Below are positions 56,014 to 64,000 of a stretch of 64,000 nucleotides of DNA, piece after piece. The position numbers and the translations under genes were made by a program. Under the pieces are notes generated by a model. That model was given only the letters and a program-made list of their open reading frames with translations. It was not told where the DNA came from and made no database searches. Every line of letters starts with the position of its first letter. Positions within the stretch are counted from its first letter, which is position 1. The DNA is taken from IMG/VR virus record IMGVR_UViG_3300028887_000001, positions 92,088 to 156,087 of that record. The stretch is one strand, 5' to 3'. Source of the stretch: a virus. Lineage: Duplodnaviria > Heunggongvirae > Uroviricota > Caudoviricetes.

Positions 56014-57828
56014 TTAGATTAATTCAATGAAGTTACCATCTTCATCAAGCACCATTTCATCATTTTCATCCATCAGATAGACTGGTAATGGACCACCAAG
56101 CAATATATCCATTTCTTCATTTGTAAGCGTGTTCATTGACTCAGCCATATTGTAAACAACACTACTTGCGATTGGGTTTGTGCTTGCGCTAACAGGTTCC
56201 TGGTCAACGGTAATACTTATAACGCCATCGCTAACATTAATATTGTCCCCAACCTTTACGATTCCGTATCTTGTTTTTGATGCGACACCGATTACTTGGT
56301 TTGTCCAAACGTCACCGTCTTTTGCGAGTACCTCATATACCTGATTCGGGTCTTCATCTGTAACTCTAACTGGTATTCCACCATCTAAAGAACCGGCACA
56401 TATTGTAATCTGTGACTTCGTATACCCACCACCACCGCGTGAACAAAACTTTGCTTCAAGTATTATTGGTTGTTGGTGGCTAGCAGAAACAAGGGCTATT
56501 GCACTACTTGTTGTGGCTCCTCCATCTGGCAATTCCCACACATTATCATATGGTTGGTATAATGAAAGATTAACTGGTGTTGAGCTTGTAATGTTGTCAT
56601 AAAAATAAACTTCAAGGTCTTCTGGTGCATCTGGAACATACACATAATATGCTGATGCTATGTTTTCATAATCAAGTGATATTTTATGGTTCCCCATTTC
56701 ACTTGTTGTTTGAGATGTTTGACCAGTTGCGGTTGCGTGTAACGTATATGTCGAACATGATAGGTGTGCTGCTTCTGCGTTAAGCGAAAGCACATCTCCA
56801 TTTGTGTCAACAAAGCTCAAATGTGTAACTTGTGTTTCCTCTGTGTCTGCTGTTACCGGCTGTGTTAAATCTGGTATGTGTTGTGGTGTTCCGCTAATAA
56901 CTTGATAATCTGAAATCTCCCATATTAGATTTTCCCCATCAGGTTGCCAATCTCCATGTAATGTAACAAGTACACCATCAACAAGTGTTTGGATATAGCA
57001 AGAATCTTGTGGTTCGCTTCTATCTATTTCCCCATAGAAATATTCATTATCAACAAGTTGTATGTCAGATATTGCTGATAATGGGAAATTATTCAGTCTA
57101 TCAATAATTTCACCATCTTTTTCATTTATGTATGTATAAAGATTTCCGCTAACCGTTGTTGTATATGCGCTTGCTGAGTCAACTCTTGAATTAAGCTCGT
57201 CTATTGCTGTTATTGTGTTTGAGCTAAAAATCTTTGTTTCTCCGCTTAAAACGATTATTTTGTTCAGTAATACTGCGTCTCTTTCATCCACATAATCATA
57301 TAACGCGCTCACATCACCGCCCATATAACCGCTCAATGAATTTATCTTGTCATTAAGCGCATCGAAATCATCATCAACCTGTGTTTTCAAATCACCTATA
57401 ACCGTAAAGGTGTTTGAACTTAAATTGTTGATTTTATTATCAAGTCTGGTTGTTTGTTGTGTTAATTCGTTTCTAATTTCAACCTTAAATTCCTCAAGGT
57501 TATTATAAAGAGAAATTGTTGATGAACTTAAGGCATTTATATTGGTTATCGCAAATTGGGTTAAATTATCAATATTATCCTCCGCATCTAACATTCTTAC
57601 CGCAAGATTAAACGGAAGATAAACAAACTCGCCATTACTATTCTTAATACCAATTATCTCATAATTCTTAGCCACGTTAAGTGTTACCTCACCCAACTCC
57701 AAATCATTAACATTAGGGGTTTTAGGGCGATTGTTACCGCCAAAATGACGGCTAATTTCAGAGGATGGGTCATGAATGACTTCGTGACTTCTTAAAAGTT
57801 GAACCGTAATTTTATTTTTTACTGACAT
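56014..57828 (-). CDS. virion structural/fibre protein with coiled coil
   Basis: 604 aa; heptad-like region and ASKTRYGIVKVGDNINVSDG fibre motif. Confidence 0.7.
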   Translation of the reverse strand: MSVKNKITVQLLRSHEVIHDPSSEISRHFGGNNRPKTPNVNDLELGEVTLNVAKNYEIIGIKNSNGEFVYLPFNLAVRMLDAEDNIDNLTQFAITNINALSSSTISLYNNLEEFKVEIRNELTQQTTRLDNKINNLSSNTFTVIGDLKTQVDDDFDALNDKINSLSGYMGGDVSALYDYVDERDAVLLNKIIVLSGETKIFSSNTITAIDELNSRVDSASAYTTTVSGNLYTYINEKDGEIIDRLNNFPLSAISDIQLVDNEYFYGEIDRSEPQDSCYIQTLVDGVLVTLHGDWQPDGENLIWEISDYQVISGTPQHIPDLTQPVTADTEETQVTHLSFVDTNGDVLSLNAEAAHLSCSTYTLHATATGQTSQTTSEMGNHKISLDYENIASAYYVYVPDAPEDLEVYFYDNITSSTPVNLSLYQPYDNVWELPDGGATTSSAIALVSASHQQPIILEAKFCSRGGGGYTKSQITICAGSLDGGIPVRVTDEDPNQVYEVLAKDGDVWTNQVIGVASKTRYGIVKVGDNINVSDGVISITVDQEPVSASTNPIASSVVYNMAESMNTLTNEEMDILLGGPLPVYLMDENDEMVLDEDGNFIELI

Positions 57829-57913
57829 TATTCAATAGCACATTATTATAATATAAATAGTCAATCAGACTAAACTTTTGTTCTATTATTTTTTTCATTT
57901 AAAATATTTTTAG

Positions 57914-57921
57914 TACTTTTG
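57914..57921 (+). promoter_or_regulatory. Bacteroidota-type -7 promoter box
   Basis: TACTTTTG followed by CA, 22 nt upstream of ATG 57944. Confidence 0.7.
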
Positions 57922-57943
57922 CAGCGAAAAATAGATAAATTTT

Positions 57944-58396
57944 ATGTTTAAATGTAATTTCAAAGACGTTGAGGAGTTAAAAAAATTCCTTAAAGACTCT
58001 GATTATGATGAGGTCAAATTCTGCATTGACCCGGATTATATTGACGCAATAATCGGAATATCTGATGAGGGTAAAATCGTTTATGATTATTTTCTTATGG
58101 TTGCCCATCTCGCAAAGATATATGAGGCTGATGGCACATCAGAAGACCCTGAAATGGATGCAATTGAATGGATTGACTACAATTGTGATATGCCTTATTG
58201 GGAAATCGTAACAACAAATGATGATGGATATATCGAAAGCTTCGTTAGTGAACAATTCGACGATTATATGAAATACATCATTGGAATGAATATGTATGGA
58301 ATCCTTCTCATAGATAGCGAGAAAGTTACTGAACAAAATATTGATGATATAGAGGAAATTCTTAAAAAAGACGAGGTAGAATACAAAATAGTATGA
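57944..58396 (+). CDS. acidic hypothetical protein
   Basis: 150-aa ORF; its stop overlaps the next start. Confidence 0.8.
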   Translation: MFKCNFKDVEELKKFLKDSDYDEVKFCIDPDYIDAIIGISDEGKIVYDYFLMVAHLAKIYEADGTSEDPEMDAIEWIDYNCDMPYWEIVTTNDDGYIESFVSEQFDDYMKYIIGMNMYGILLIDSEKVTEQNIDDIEEILKKDEVEYKIV

Positions 58397-58863
58397 CAAT
58401 ATTCATTATTGATTCGCCATATAAGACAGCAAAGATTTTAGACCCAAAAAGGCTTAACAAGCAAGTTTTGGAATGCCAATGGATGATTGATATGGCAGAA
58501 GGTAAAACAAAAGAGAAAAATCATCCAGCATATCTTATGTACAAGAACCATATTGAGTGGATAAAATTATATCAACGTTGCCTATCTTATTACAGGGATT
58601 ATCTTAAGCACAATGATGGTGATGAGTTGTTAATGTCAATAACATTCTCAAACGAGGCTGATAAGATTAAACCACCATTCTTGTGCCAGGAATTATATGA
58701 TAACTTCAGAAAGAGGTTATATACAAAGAATCCTGAATATTATTCTGATTTTGCTGAATATGGAAAAACAGAAGCCAATTACTATTTTGTGGATGGCAAT
58801 TGGCTTAAGTATGAGAATGGCAAAAAGGAGGTTGATAATGGTTTCGCCCTTATTCCACAATAA
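58393..58863 (+). CDS. denV: pyrimidine dimer DNA glycosylase (endonuclease V family)
   Basis: LDPKRLNKQVLE...NHPAYLMY motifs typical of this family. Confidence 0.7.
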   Translation: MTIFIIDSPYKTAKILDPKRLNKQVLECQWMIDMAEGKTKEKNHPAYLMYKNHIEWIKLYQRCLSYYRDYLKHNDGDELLMSITFSNEADKIKPPFLCQELYDNFRKRLYTKNPEYYSDFAEYGKTEANYYFVDGNWLKYENGKKEVDNGFALIPQ

Positions 58864-59254
58864 TGTAAAGTTCGTCTCTGATTGGAACTTTTAATACACC
58901 ATTTGGATATTCACAATCATCATTCTTGAGGTCTTCTCCGAATTTTATTGTGAAGAATCCTCTGTATGTTCCTGGTGTCTGTATTTCCCTCTTTGTAAAT
59001 TGATAACAAACAAGGAATTGGTCCTGACAACATGTATCATCAAGTTTCTTAATGAATGCTGGAGAATTTGCAACCTTATAAACACCATTTTCAGTATCGG
59101 TCATTGAAAATGTTATATCGGCATTCTGTATCATTTCATGGAATTTATGATAATCATGCCTTCCGTCATTTATGACCATCATTGATAAAATTGGCAATAC
59201 CTTCTGACTTCCTGGTATTGATGTGTCATCTATATGTCTTATAAAGAAATTCAT
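58850..59254 (-). CDS. BppU-like Ig-fold baseplate/virion protein
   Basis: LPxLxMxVI...ITFSM...YQFTKRE...PGTYRGFFTIKF...LKVP pattern. Confidence 0.5.
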   Translation of the reverse strand: MNFFIRHIDDTSIPGSQKVLPILSMMVINDGRHDYHKFHEMIQNADITFSMTDTENGVYKVANSPAFIKKLDDTCCQDQFLVCYQFTKREIQTPGTYRGFFTIKFGEDLKNDDCEYPNGVLKVPIRDELYIIVE

Positions 59255-59319
59255 TTGAAACGCATATTATATCAATAAATAGTTGATTAAAGATATTTAT
59301 ATTTAAATAGATAATAATA

Positions 59320-60165
59320 ATGGCTAAGAATCTTGTAAGGATTACAGAATCACAACTCCATAACATCATAAAGGAATCCGTTCGTGGTGTATTAAACACA
59401 TTAAACGAAGGTTTTAAATCAAATGAATTAAGGCAATGGTTTTCTCAACACGGTGGTGTAAAAAGAATCTATACCGAACCTGAATATGACGGTTTGGTGG
59501 ATAAACGTGTCTCACAACCAGGACTTGGTGATGTTAAAGATAAGGATATATTATATACAGAAGAGTTTCAGGATATCAAACGACCACTAACCGATGAAGA
59601 ACTCAGAAGAGAGGAAATAAACAAAAAATGGTGCGAAAAGCAAGGACTTACATATGAAATGCCTGAATTCAAAGTCACAAAGGCAGAAAACCAAGCATTT
59701 GAAAAAATGCAACAACTGAAAGCATCAGACAGATACACAAGACAAAGAAGTGATTGGGACATGAAGGCGTTCTTCGTAACATATAAAGCCAATGACGGCT
59801 CATGCCTCCTCGTAGGTATAGACAGGGGTGACCCACATAACCCTAACTATGGTTTTACTTGGGGTGGTGAAGTCGACAAGAAGACCGCACAAAGGAGAAT
59901 GGCTAATGGTTGGAACCATAAAACAAGAAGCGATAGATTCTATGATATGGCAAAAGACACATATTTCCACCAGGGTCCAATGAATGATTTCGGTTTATGG
60001 ACAAGTGATAATTACAAGGGTAAAATGGAAGACAATAAAAAGAAAAAGGAAAGAATGACACCTGAAGAGTGGAAACAATATGTGAAAGACCAGCTTGAAC
60101 ATAATGAAAATTATTTAAAGAATAGATACGGAAAGTCTTTTAGAAAAAATAAAAAATCAAATTAA
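59320..60165 (+). CDS. putative internal head protein (ITE...ES tag)
   Basis: N-terminal RITESQLHNIIKESV; late-type motif upstream. Confidence 0.7.
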   Translation: MAKNLVRITESQLHNIIKESVRGVLNTLNEGFKSNELRQWFSQHGGVKRIYTEPEYDGLVDKRVSQPGLGDVKDKDILYTEEFQDIKRPLTDEELRREEINKKWCEKQGLTYEMPEFKVTKAENQAFEKMQQLKASDRYTRQRSDWDMKAFFVTYKANDGSCLLVGIDRGDPHNPNYGFTWGGEVDKKTAQRRMANGWNHKTRSDRFYDMAKDTYFHQGPMNDFGLWTSDNYKGKMEDNKKKKERMTPEEWKQYVKDQLEHNENYLKNRYGKSFRKNKKSN

Positions 60166-60174
60166 AGATATAAT

Positions 60175-62178
60175 ATGAAAAGAATCAGGATTACAGAAGA
60201 TGATTTGAGGGTTATTGTAAAAAAGTCTGTTGGACAATTATTGAGAGAAGAAAATGTGTGGAATAATGGTGAAAATGAGGCCATTACAAACACAAAGGAC
60301 ATGACAATAAAACGCTCCCTACTTGCTGGCATATTTCATAAAAACCATGAAAATGGCAATTGGGAAATTCTTCCACAAAACGGTGTTGATGTAAACAATA
60401 TGGAAAGCATGAAAAAATATGTCCAAAACAGGTTGGAAATAATGAAAAACCACCTTGATGACACATTAAATGCGTTCGAGAGCAAGATGAACAATCTTGA
60501 TGAGAATATCCAGATGCAACACACTCAAATTAAGCCAGTGGAGTATGTGTGTGAAGTTTGTGCTGAATTTAACATTCCATCTATGAATGCATCGACTGGA
60601 AATCCAAGAATGAGAAATATTGCAGAAGAAGAGGAAAAAGAATTAAGGCCATGGTGTGAACAAAAATATGGAAATGGTTCATATGATTTCCACCCATCAT
60701 GCAAATTATTAGACTCAAGACCCGTACCAGGCGTCACACATAAATATATTAAGATTGGTGAATTTAAAGCAACTGGATATACCACACGAGTGTCTTTCGA
60801 GTTATCTGGATACCAGCTTGGTGGTTTGAGATATGTTGGAATGGTTGTTCCATTTATCAATTCAGAAGAAAGTGGTGGGCAATATGCTGATGTTAAACTC
60901 ACAGATGAATTTGCAAGCAATATTGAGTTAGCGAATTATCTTAAATCTACAAGTTCAAATTTGAGGTGTGATAGTTGTGGAAGAAAATCAAGCAGGGATT
61001 TGTATTTCATTTTCATGGACGAAAATGATAAGTTGCATTATTATGGTAGAACATGTGCGCAAAAAGCGTTTGGTATTGACATCATAAATAAGTTGCAAAA
61101 TTTCATGGTGGGTCTTGACCACATTGGTGAGATTTTTGCACAAAAGAATGATGATTTTAACATAAAGGAAGATATGATGAAAAAAATTATCGCCTCTATG
61201 ATGCAATCAAACATTCTGACTGCCACCAAGTTTAAATATGAGCTTGCATATGGTATGATAAATACGGATGAATTCAATGAGTATTTTGAAAAAAATAAGA
61301 ATGAAATAGACAACAAATACAACGACTTTATAGCAAACGCCCATTCATTCTTTGAAAGCATTGACGATTATTCCAGTGATTTTGACCAAAAGATAAAGGC
61401 ATTCGGACTCGCATTTACAAGTGGTAACGTTGATTCGTTTCGCAAGGTTCCTAAGTGGGTTATTCCATATGCTCTAAACAAATATTTCAGGTTCGCCACA
61501 CTACGTGTACGAAATCAAGTTGCTGATGAAAATGGTAACATCATACCATATGGTGAATTTGGAGGCTATAAGACATTCTATGGTACAGTTATAAAAGTAA
61601 GCCAGGTTAAAACCTATAACATTATAATGGCAAAGGCTTCCGACACATATAACGGAGAAGAAAAATACGGTATTATGTGGTATGAATTTGATACACCAAC
61701 CGTATCTGTTGGTGATAAAATTTCAATTTCAGGACCATATAGCAAATATAACCGTAGAGACAGTAAATTTACAGTTATTGACAGGCCAAAAATAGAAAAT
61801 ATTGGAGAAAATGAAATCCAACAATCAATGCAGAAAAATAATTATGATGTTGGACAAAGACTTAGAAATTGTAATGTAACAGTTAAAAAAGTTTTCCAAA
61901 ATTCAATCATAGTAACAACAGATGATGGTTTTGACTTCTTAATCTACACAATGGAATATGGAACGGATAGAAATAAGTTTGGAATTGATTTTACTGAAGG
62001 ACAAAAACTAAACGTAACAGGAACAATACAAATGTCGCCAAATAACAGAATCTATCTGAACAGGTGTCAAATAAGTTTGAGTGAATCAATAAGAAAACAA
62101 ACTAAACTAACTGAAAATTACCTTCATCGGGTTATAAATGAGTCGATTAAGAAAATACTTAGGGAATTGAATCAATAA
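60175..62178 (+). CDS. putative internal head protein with zinc finger and OB-like domains
   Basis: Tags RITEDDLRVIVKKSV and KLTENYLHRVINESI at both ends; CDSCG...GRTC. Confidence 0.7.
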   Translation: MKRIRITEDDLRVIVKKSVGQLLREENVWNNGENEAITNTKDMTIKRSLLAGIFHKNHENGNWEILPQNGVDVNNMESMKKYVQNRLEIMKNHLDDTLNAFESKMNNLDENIQMQHTQIKPVEYVCEVCAEFNIPSMNASTGNPRMRNIAEEEEKELRPWCEQKYGNGSYDFHPSCKLLDSRPVPGVTHKYIKIGEFKATGYTTRVSFELSGYQLGGLRYVGMVVPFINSEESGGQYADVKLTDEFASNIELANYLKSTSSNLRCDSCGRKSSRDLYFIFMDENDKLHYYGRTCAQKAFGIDIINKLQNFMVGLDHIGEIFAQKNDDFNIKEDMMKKIIASMMQSNILTATKFKYELAYGMINTDEFNEYFEKNKNEIDNKYNDFIANAHSFFESIDDYSSDFDQKIKAFGLAFTSGNVDSFRKVPKWVIPYALNKYFRFATLRVRNQVADENGNIIPYGEFGGYKTFYGTVIKVSQVKTYNIIMAKASDTYNGEEKYGIMWYEFDTPTVSVGDKISISGPYSKYNRRDSKFTVIDRPKIENIGENEIQQSMQKNNYDVGQRLRNCNVTVKKVFQNSIIVTTDDGFDFLIYTMEYGTDRNKFGIDFTEGQKLNVTGTIQMSPNNRIYLNRCQISLSESIRKQTKLTENYLHRVINESIKKILRELNQ

Positions 62179-62196
62179 ATAAAATACTATTATAAT

Positions 62197-62496
62197 ATGG
62201 AAAATAAACAAGTAATTAGATTAACAGAGAGTGACCTTCATAGAATTGTGAAAGAATCTGTAAATAAGGTTTTAAACGAGGAATATGTTTGGTGGGGTGA
62301 TACAAAGCCACTAGAAACAATTATGTCTGCTTGTGGAGAAATGGTTAAGGGCAAAAATGAAAGTGACTTTGAAGATGTAGACGATAGGGCTGCATTTGAC
62401 TTATATCAGTGGGCAAATAAGGTTTACGAAGAAGCAGAACAATTCTTACATTGTAATGCACACAACACACCAATTAATGGTGGAGAAAATTGGTAG
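62197..62496 (+). CDS. putative internal head protein (LTE...ES tag)
   Basis: N-terminal RLTESDLHRIVKESV. Confidence 0.7.
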   Translation: MENKQVIRLTESDLHRIVKESVNKVLNEEYVWWGDTKPLETIMSACGEMVKGKNESDFEDVDDRAAFDLYQWANKVYEEAEQFLHCNAHNTPINGGENW

Positions 62497-62521
62497 AAAC
62501 AAATTAATTGCAAATAATAAT

Positions 62522-62550
62522 GGTGAATCAATTAAGGTTCACCTTTTTTT
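62522..62550 (+). terminator. intrinsic terminator
   Basis: GGTGAA...TTCACC stem followed by T7. Confidence 0.75.
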
Positions 62551-62608
62551 ATGTCATTTTTATTAAATATTCAACATTTTTTAAATTTCTTTATATTTAT
62601 TTTATGTT

Positions 62609-62953
62609 ATGATACCATTTGACAAGAGAATAAAAGAGATTGAAGAAAAGAGCCAATATTACAAGAATGTAAAGGAGTTCTACAAAAACCACCCATATCT
62701 ATATAAGTGGTCATTGAAGCATAATGTTGAATTAAAGAAATATTTCCCCAGGAAGAAGATTCAATGTAAATATGAAGATAGGGAAAATAAAGGTATTGAT
62801 TGTTACATTGCCGGAACAAACAAACTCTATAAACATTATCCATTCATAATTGATGCCCTAAGAGATTTGGACCTTACTTATTATTATGTCCATAAAGTTC
62901 TTAATGGAGAAATCGACTCAATTGAAGGATATACATTCGTGAAATGTGAATGA
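62609..62953 (+). CDS. NUMOD1-like DNA-binding protein (homing-endonuclease-type remnant)
   Basis: GIDCY...KLYKHYPFIIDALRDL...KVLNG...GYTF pattern; no nuclease motif seen. Confidence 0.5.
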   Translation: MIPFDKRIKEIEEKSQYYKNVKEFYKNHPYLYKWSLKHNVELKKYFPRKKIQCKYEDRENKGIDCYIAGTNKLYKHYPFIIDALRDLDLTYYYVHKVLNGEIDSIEGYTFVKCE

Positions 62954-62990
62954 AAAAAACCACCTCGCATTGAAGTGGTTCTTTTTTTTT
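62953..62990. terminator. bidirectional intrinsic terminator
   Basis: A7-AACCAC...GTGGTT-T9 between convergent genes. Confidence 0.75.
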
Positions 62991-62992
62991 AA

Positions 62993-64000
62993 TTATACTT
63001 CTTCAACTGTCCAACCATCTGGAATTCCACTTTCACCTTCATCCCATTCAACACCAGCTTTCTTGACAAATGTTCCAGTCTCAGCTACATCAACTAACCA
63101 ATCTATTGTGCTATCCGCACCGAATTCAGTAGCCATACACTTGACATAATTTAATGACGCACATTCATAGAACATATATTCGTAACAACCTTCTACTAAT
63201 GTAGTAGCTGGCAGTTCAGGGGCGGTAGTTAATGATGTACAACCTGCAAACATTTCACCATAACATGCCTCTGTTAATGTTGTTGCTGGAAGTTCAGGTG
63301 CAGTAGTTAATGATGCGCAACCTACAAACATTTCATAGTAACATCCATCTGCCAACGTAGTAGCTGGAAGTTCAGGGGCGGTAGTTAATGATTTACAACC
63401 TGCAAACATTTCACCATAACATGCCTCTGTTAATGTTGTTGCTGGCAGTTCAGGTGCTGTTGTTAAGGATTCACAATCAGCAAACATAACACAATAACAC
63501 CCATCCGCAAGAGTTGTTGCTGGTAATTCTGGTGCCTTAGTTAATAAAGTACAACCAGCAAACATCTCGCAATAACACCAATTAGACAACTCTGTTGCTG
63601 GCAAAACTGGTGCCTTAGTTAATGAAGTACAATCAGCAAACATGCATCCATAACACGCATAAGCCAAATTAGTTGCCGGCAATTCTGGCGCCTTAATTAA
63701 AGATTCACATTCACTAAACATATATGCATAACATTCATCGGCTAATGTAGTTGCTGGAAGTTTTGGCGCGTTAGTTAGTGATATGCATCCCCTGAACATT
63801 TCCCTATAGCATAATATAGAAACATCTTTCGCTGGCAATTCTGGAGCTTTTACCAAAGATTCGCATCTATAAAACATTCCTTCATAACAATACTCTGTTA
63901 ACTTTGTTGCTGGTAATATTAATTTTGAGGCATCAACAACATCGGTAAATACAAATAAGCCACTAATTATTGTAGAATCGGTTGGGAAGGTTGTTTTTCC
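62993..64000 (-). CDS. 26-aa-repeat LRR-like protein, 5'-partial
   Basis: Frame open to the window edge (checked by hand); at least 9 APELPATTL repeats and a GIPDGWTV cap. Confidence 0.85.
   Translation of the reverse strand, partial: GKTTFPTDSTIISGLFVFTDVVDASKLILPATKLTEYCYEGMFYRCESLVKAPELPAKDVSILCYREMFRGCISLTNAPKLPATTLADECYAYMFSECESLIKAPELPATNLAYACYGCMFADCTSLTKAPVLPATELSNWCYCEMFAGCTLLTKAPELPATTLADGCYCVMFADCESLTTAPELPATTLTEACYGEMFAGCKSLTTAPELPATTLADGCYYEMFVGCASLTTAPELPATTLTEACYGEMFAGCTSLTTAPELPATTLVEGCYEYMFYECASLNYVKCMATEFGADSTIDWLVDVAETGTFVKKAGVEWDEGESGIPDGWTVEEV

Noticed and set aside
163-63149. Many short opposite-strand ORFs in the supplied track (e.g. 412-780, 4167-4514, 30406-30930, 54091-54453)
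   Set aside because: They are antisense shadows of longer genes, with no start context or recognisable motifs.
1-64000. TAG-to-Gln recoding as in Lak megaphages
   Set aside because: Multi-kilobase ORFs (up to 1569 aa) have no in-frame TAG, and TAG sits at plausible gene ends (8944, 9191, 10292, 16209, 27525, 62496).
25378-64000. Diversity-generating retroelement acting on LRR or fibre genes
   Set aside because: No reverse transcriptase in the window; the repeated copies are all in-frame coding and their differences are not adenine-specific. An RT elsewhere in the genome cannot be excluded.

Overview
AT-rich 64-kb segment of a large (jumbo-type) lytic phage. The host is probably Bacteroidota (Prevotella-like), inferred from TAnnTTTG promoters and a captured umuC fragment. 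It uses the standard genetic code. (1) 1-16.5 kb, minus strand: a dense array of small and medium accessory genes built from shuffled sequence modules (MDYEKKYKE family and others), joined by a recurring AAAGGAGAATAA-n(1-3)-ATG junction, plus tRNA-Arg(UCU). (2) 16.5-18.6 kb: a catalytically intact TnpB gene with no tnpA, followed directly by a GC-richer 3' fragment of a bacterial umuC. (3) 19.3-25.2 kb: a family-B DNA polymerase gene fractured at motif C by a split intein, with a free-standing homing endonuclease gene between the halves. The C-half carries an in-frame TGA inside an apparent 9-nt insertion (GGC TGA ATA GGC) just after the catalytic TDG. (4) 25.4-31.8 kb, plus strand: late-type genes, including an LRR protein, a nucleotidyltransferase and an acidic scaffold-like protein with an A10 frameshift candidate. 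(5) 31.9-57.8 kb, minus strand: a modular fibre/adhesin cluster with three adaptor + LRR gene pairs, LamG and BspA-like proteins, and probable chaperones. (6) 57.9-64 kb: DenV-like glycosylase, BppU-like protein, proteins carrying an (I/L)TExxLxxI(I/V)xES tag, a NUMOD1-like remnant and a partial LRR gene. All family assignments come from motif recognition by eye; no database search was run.
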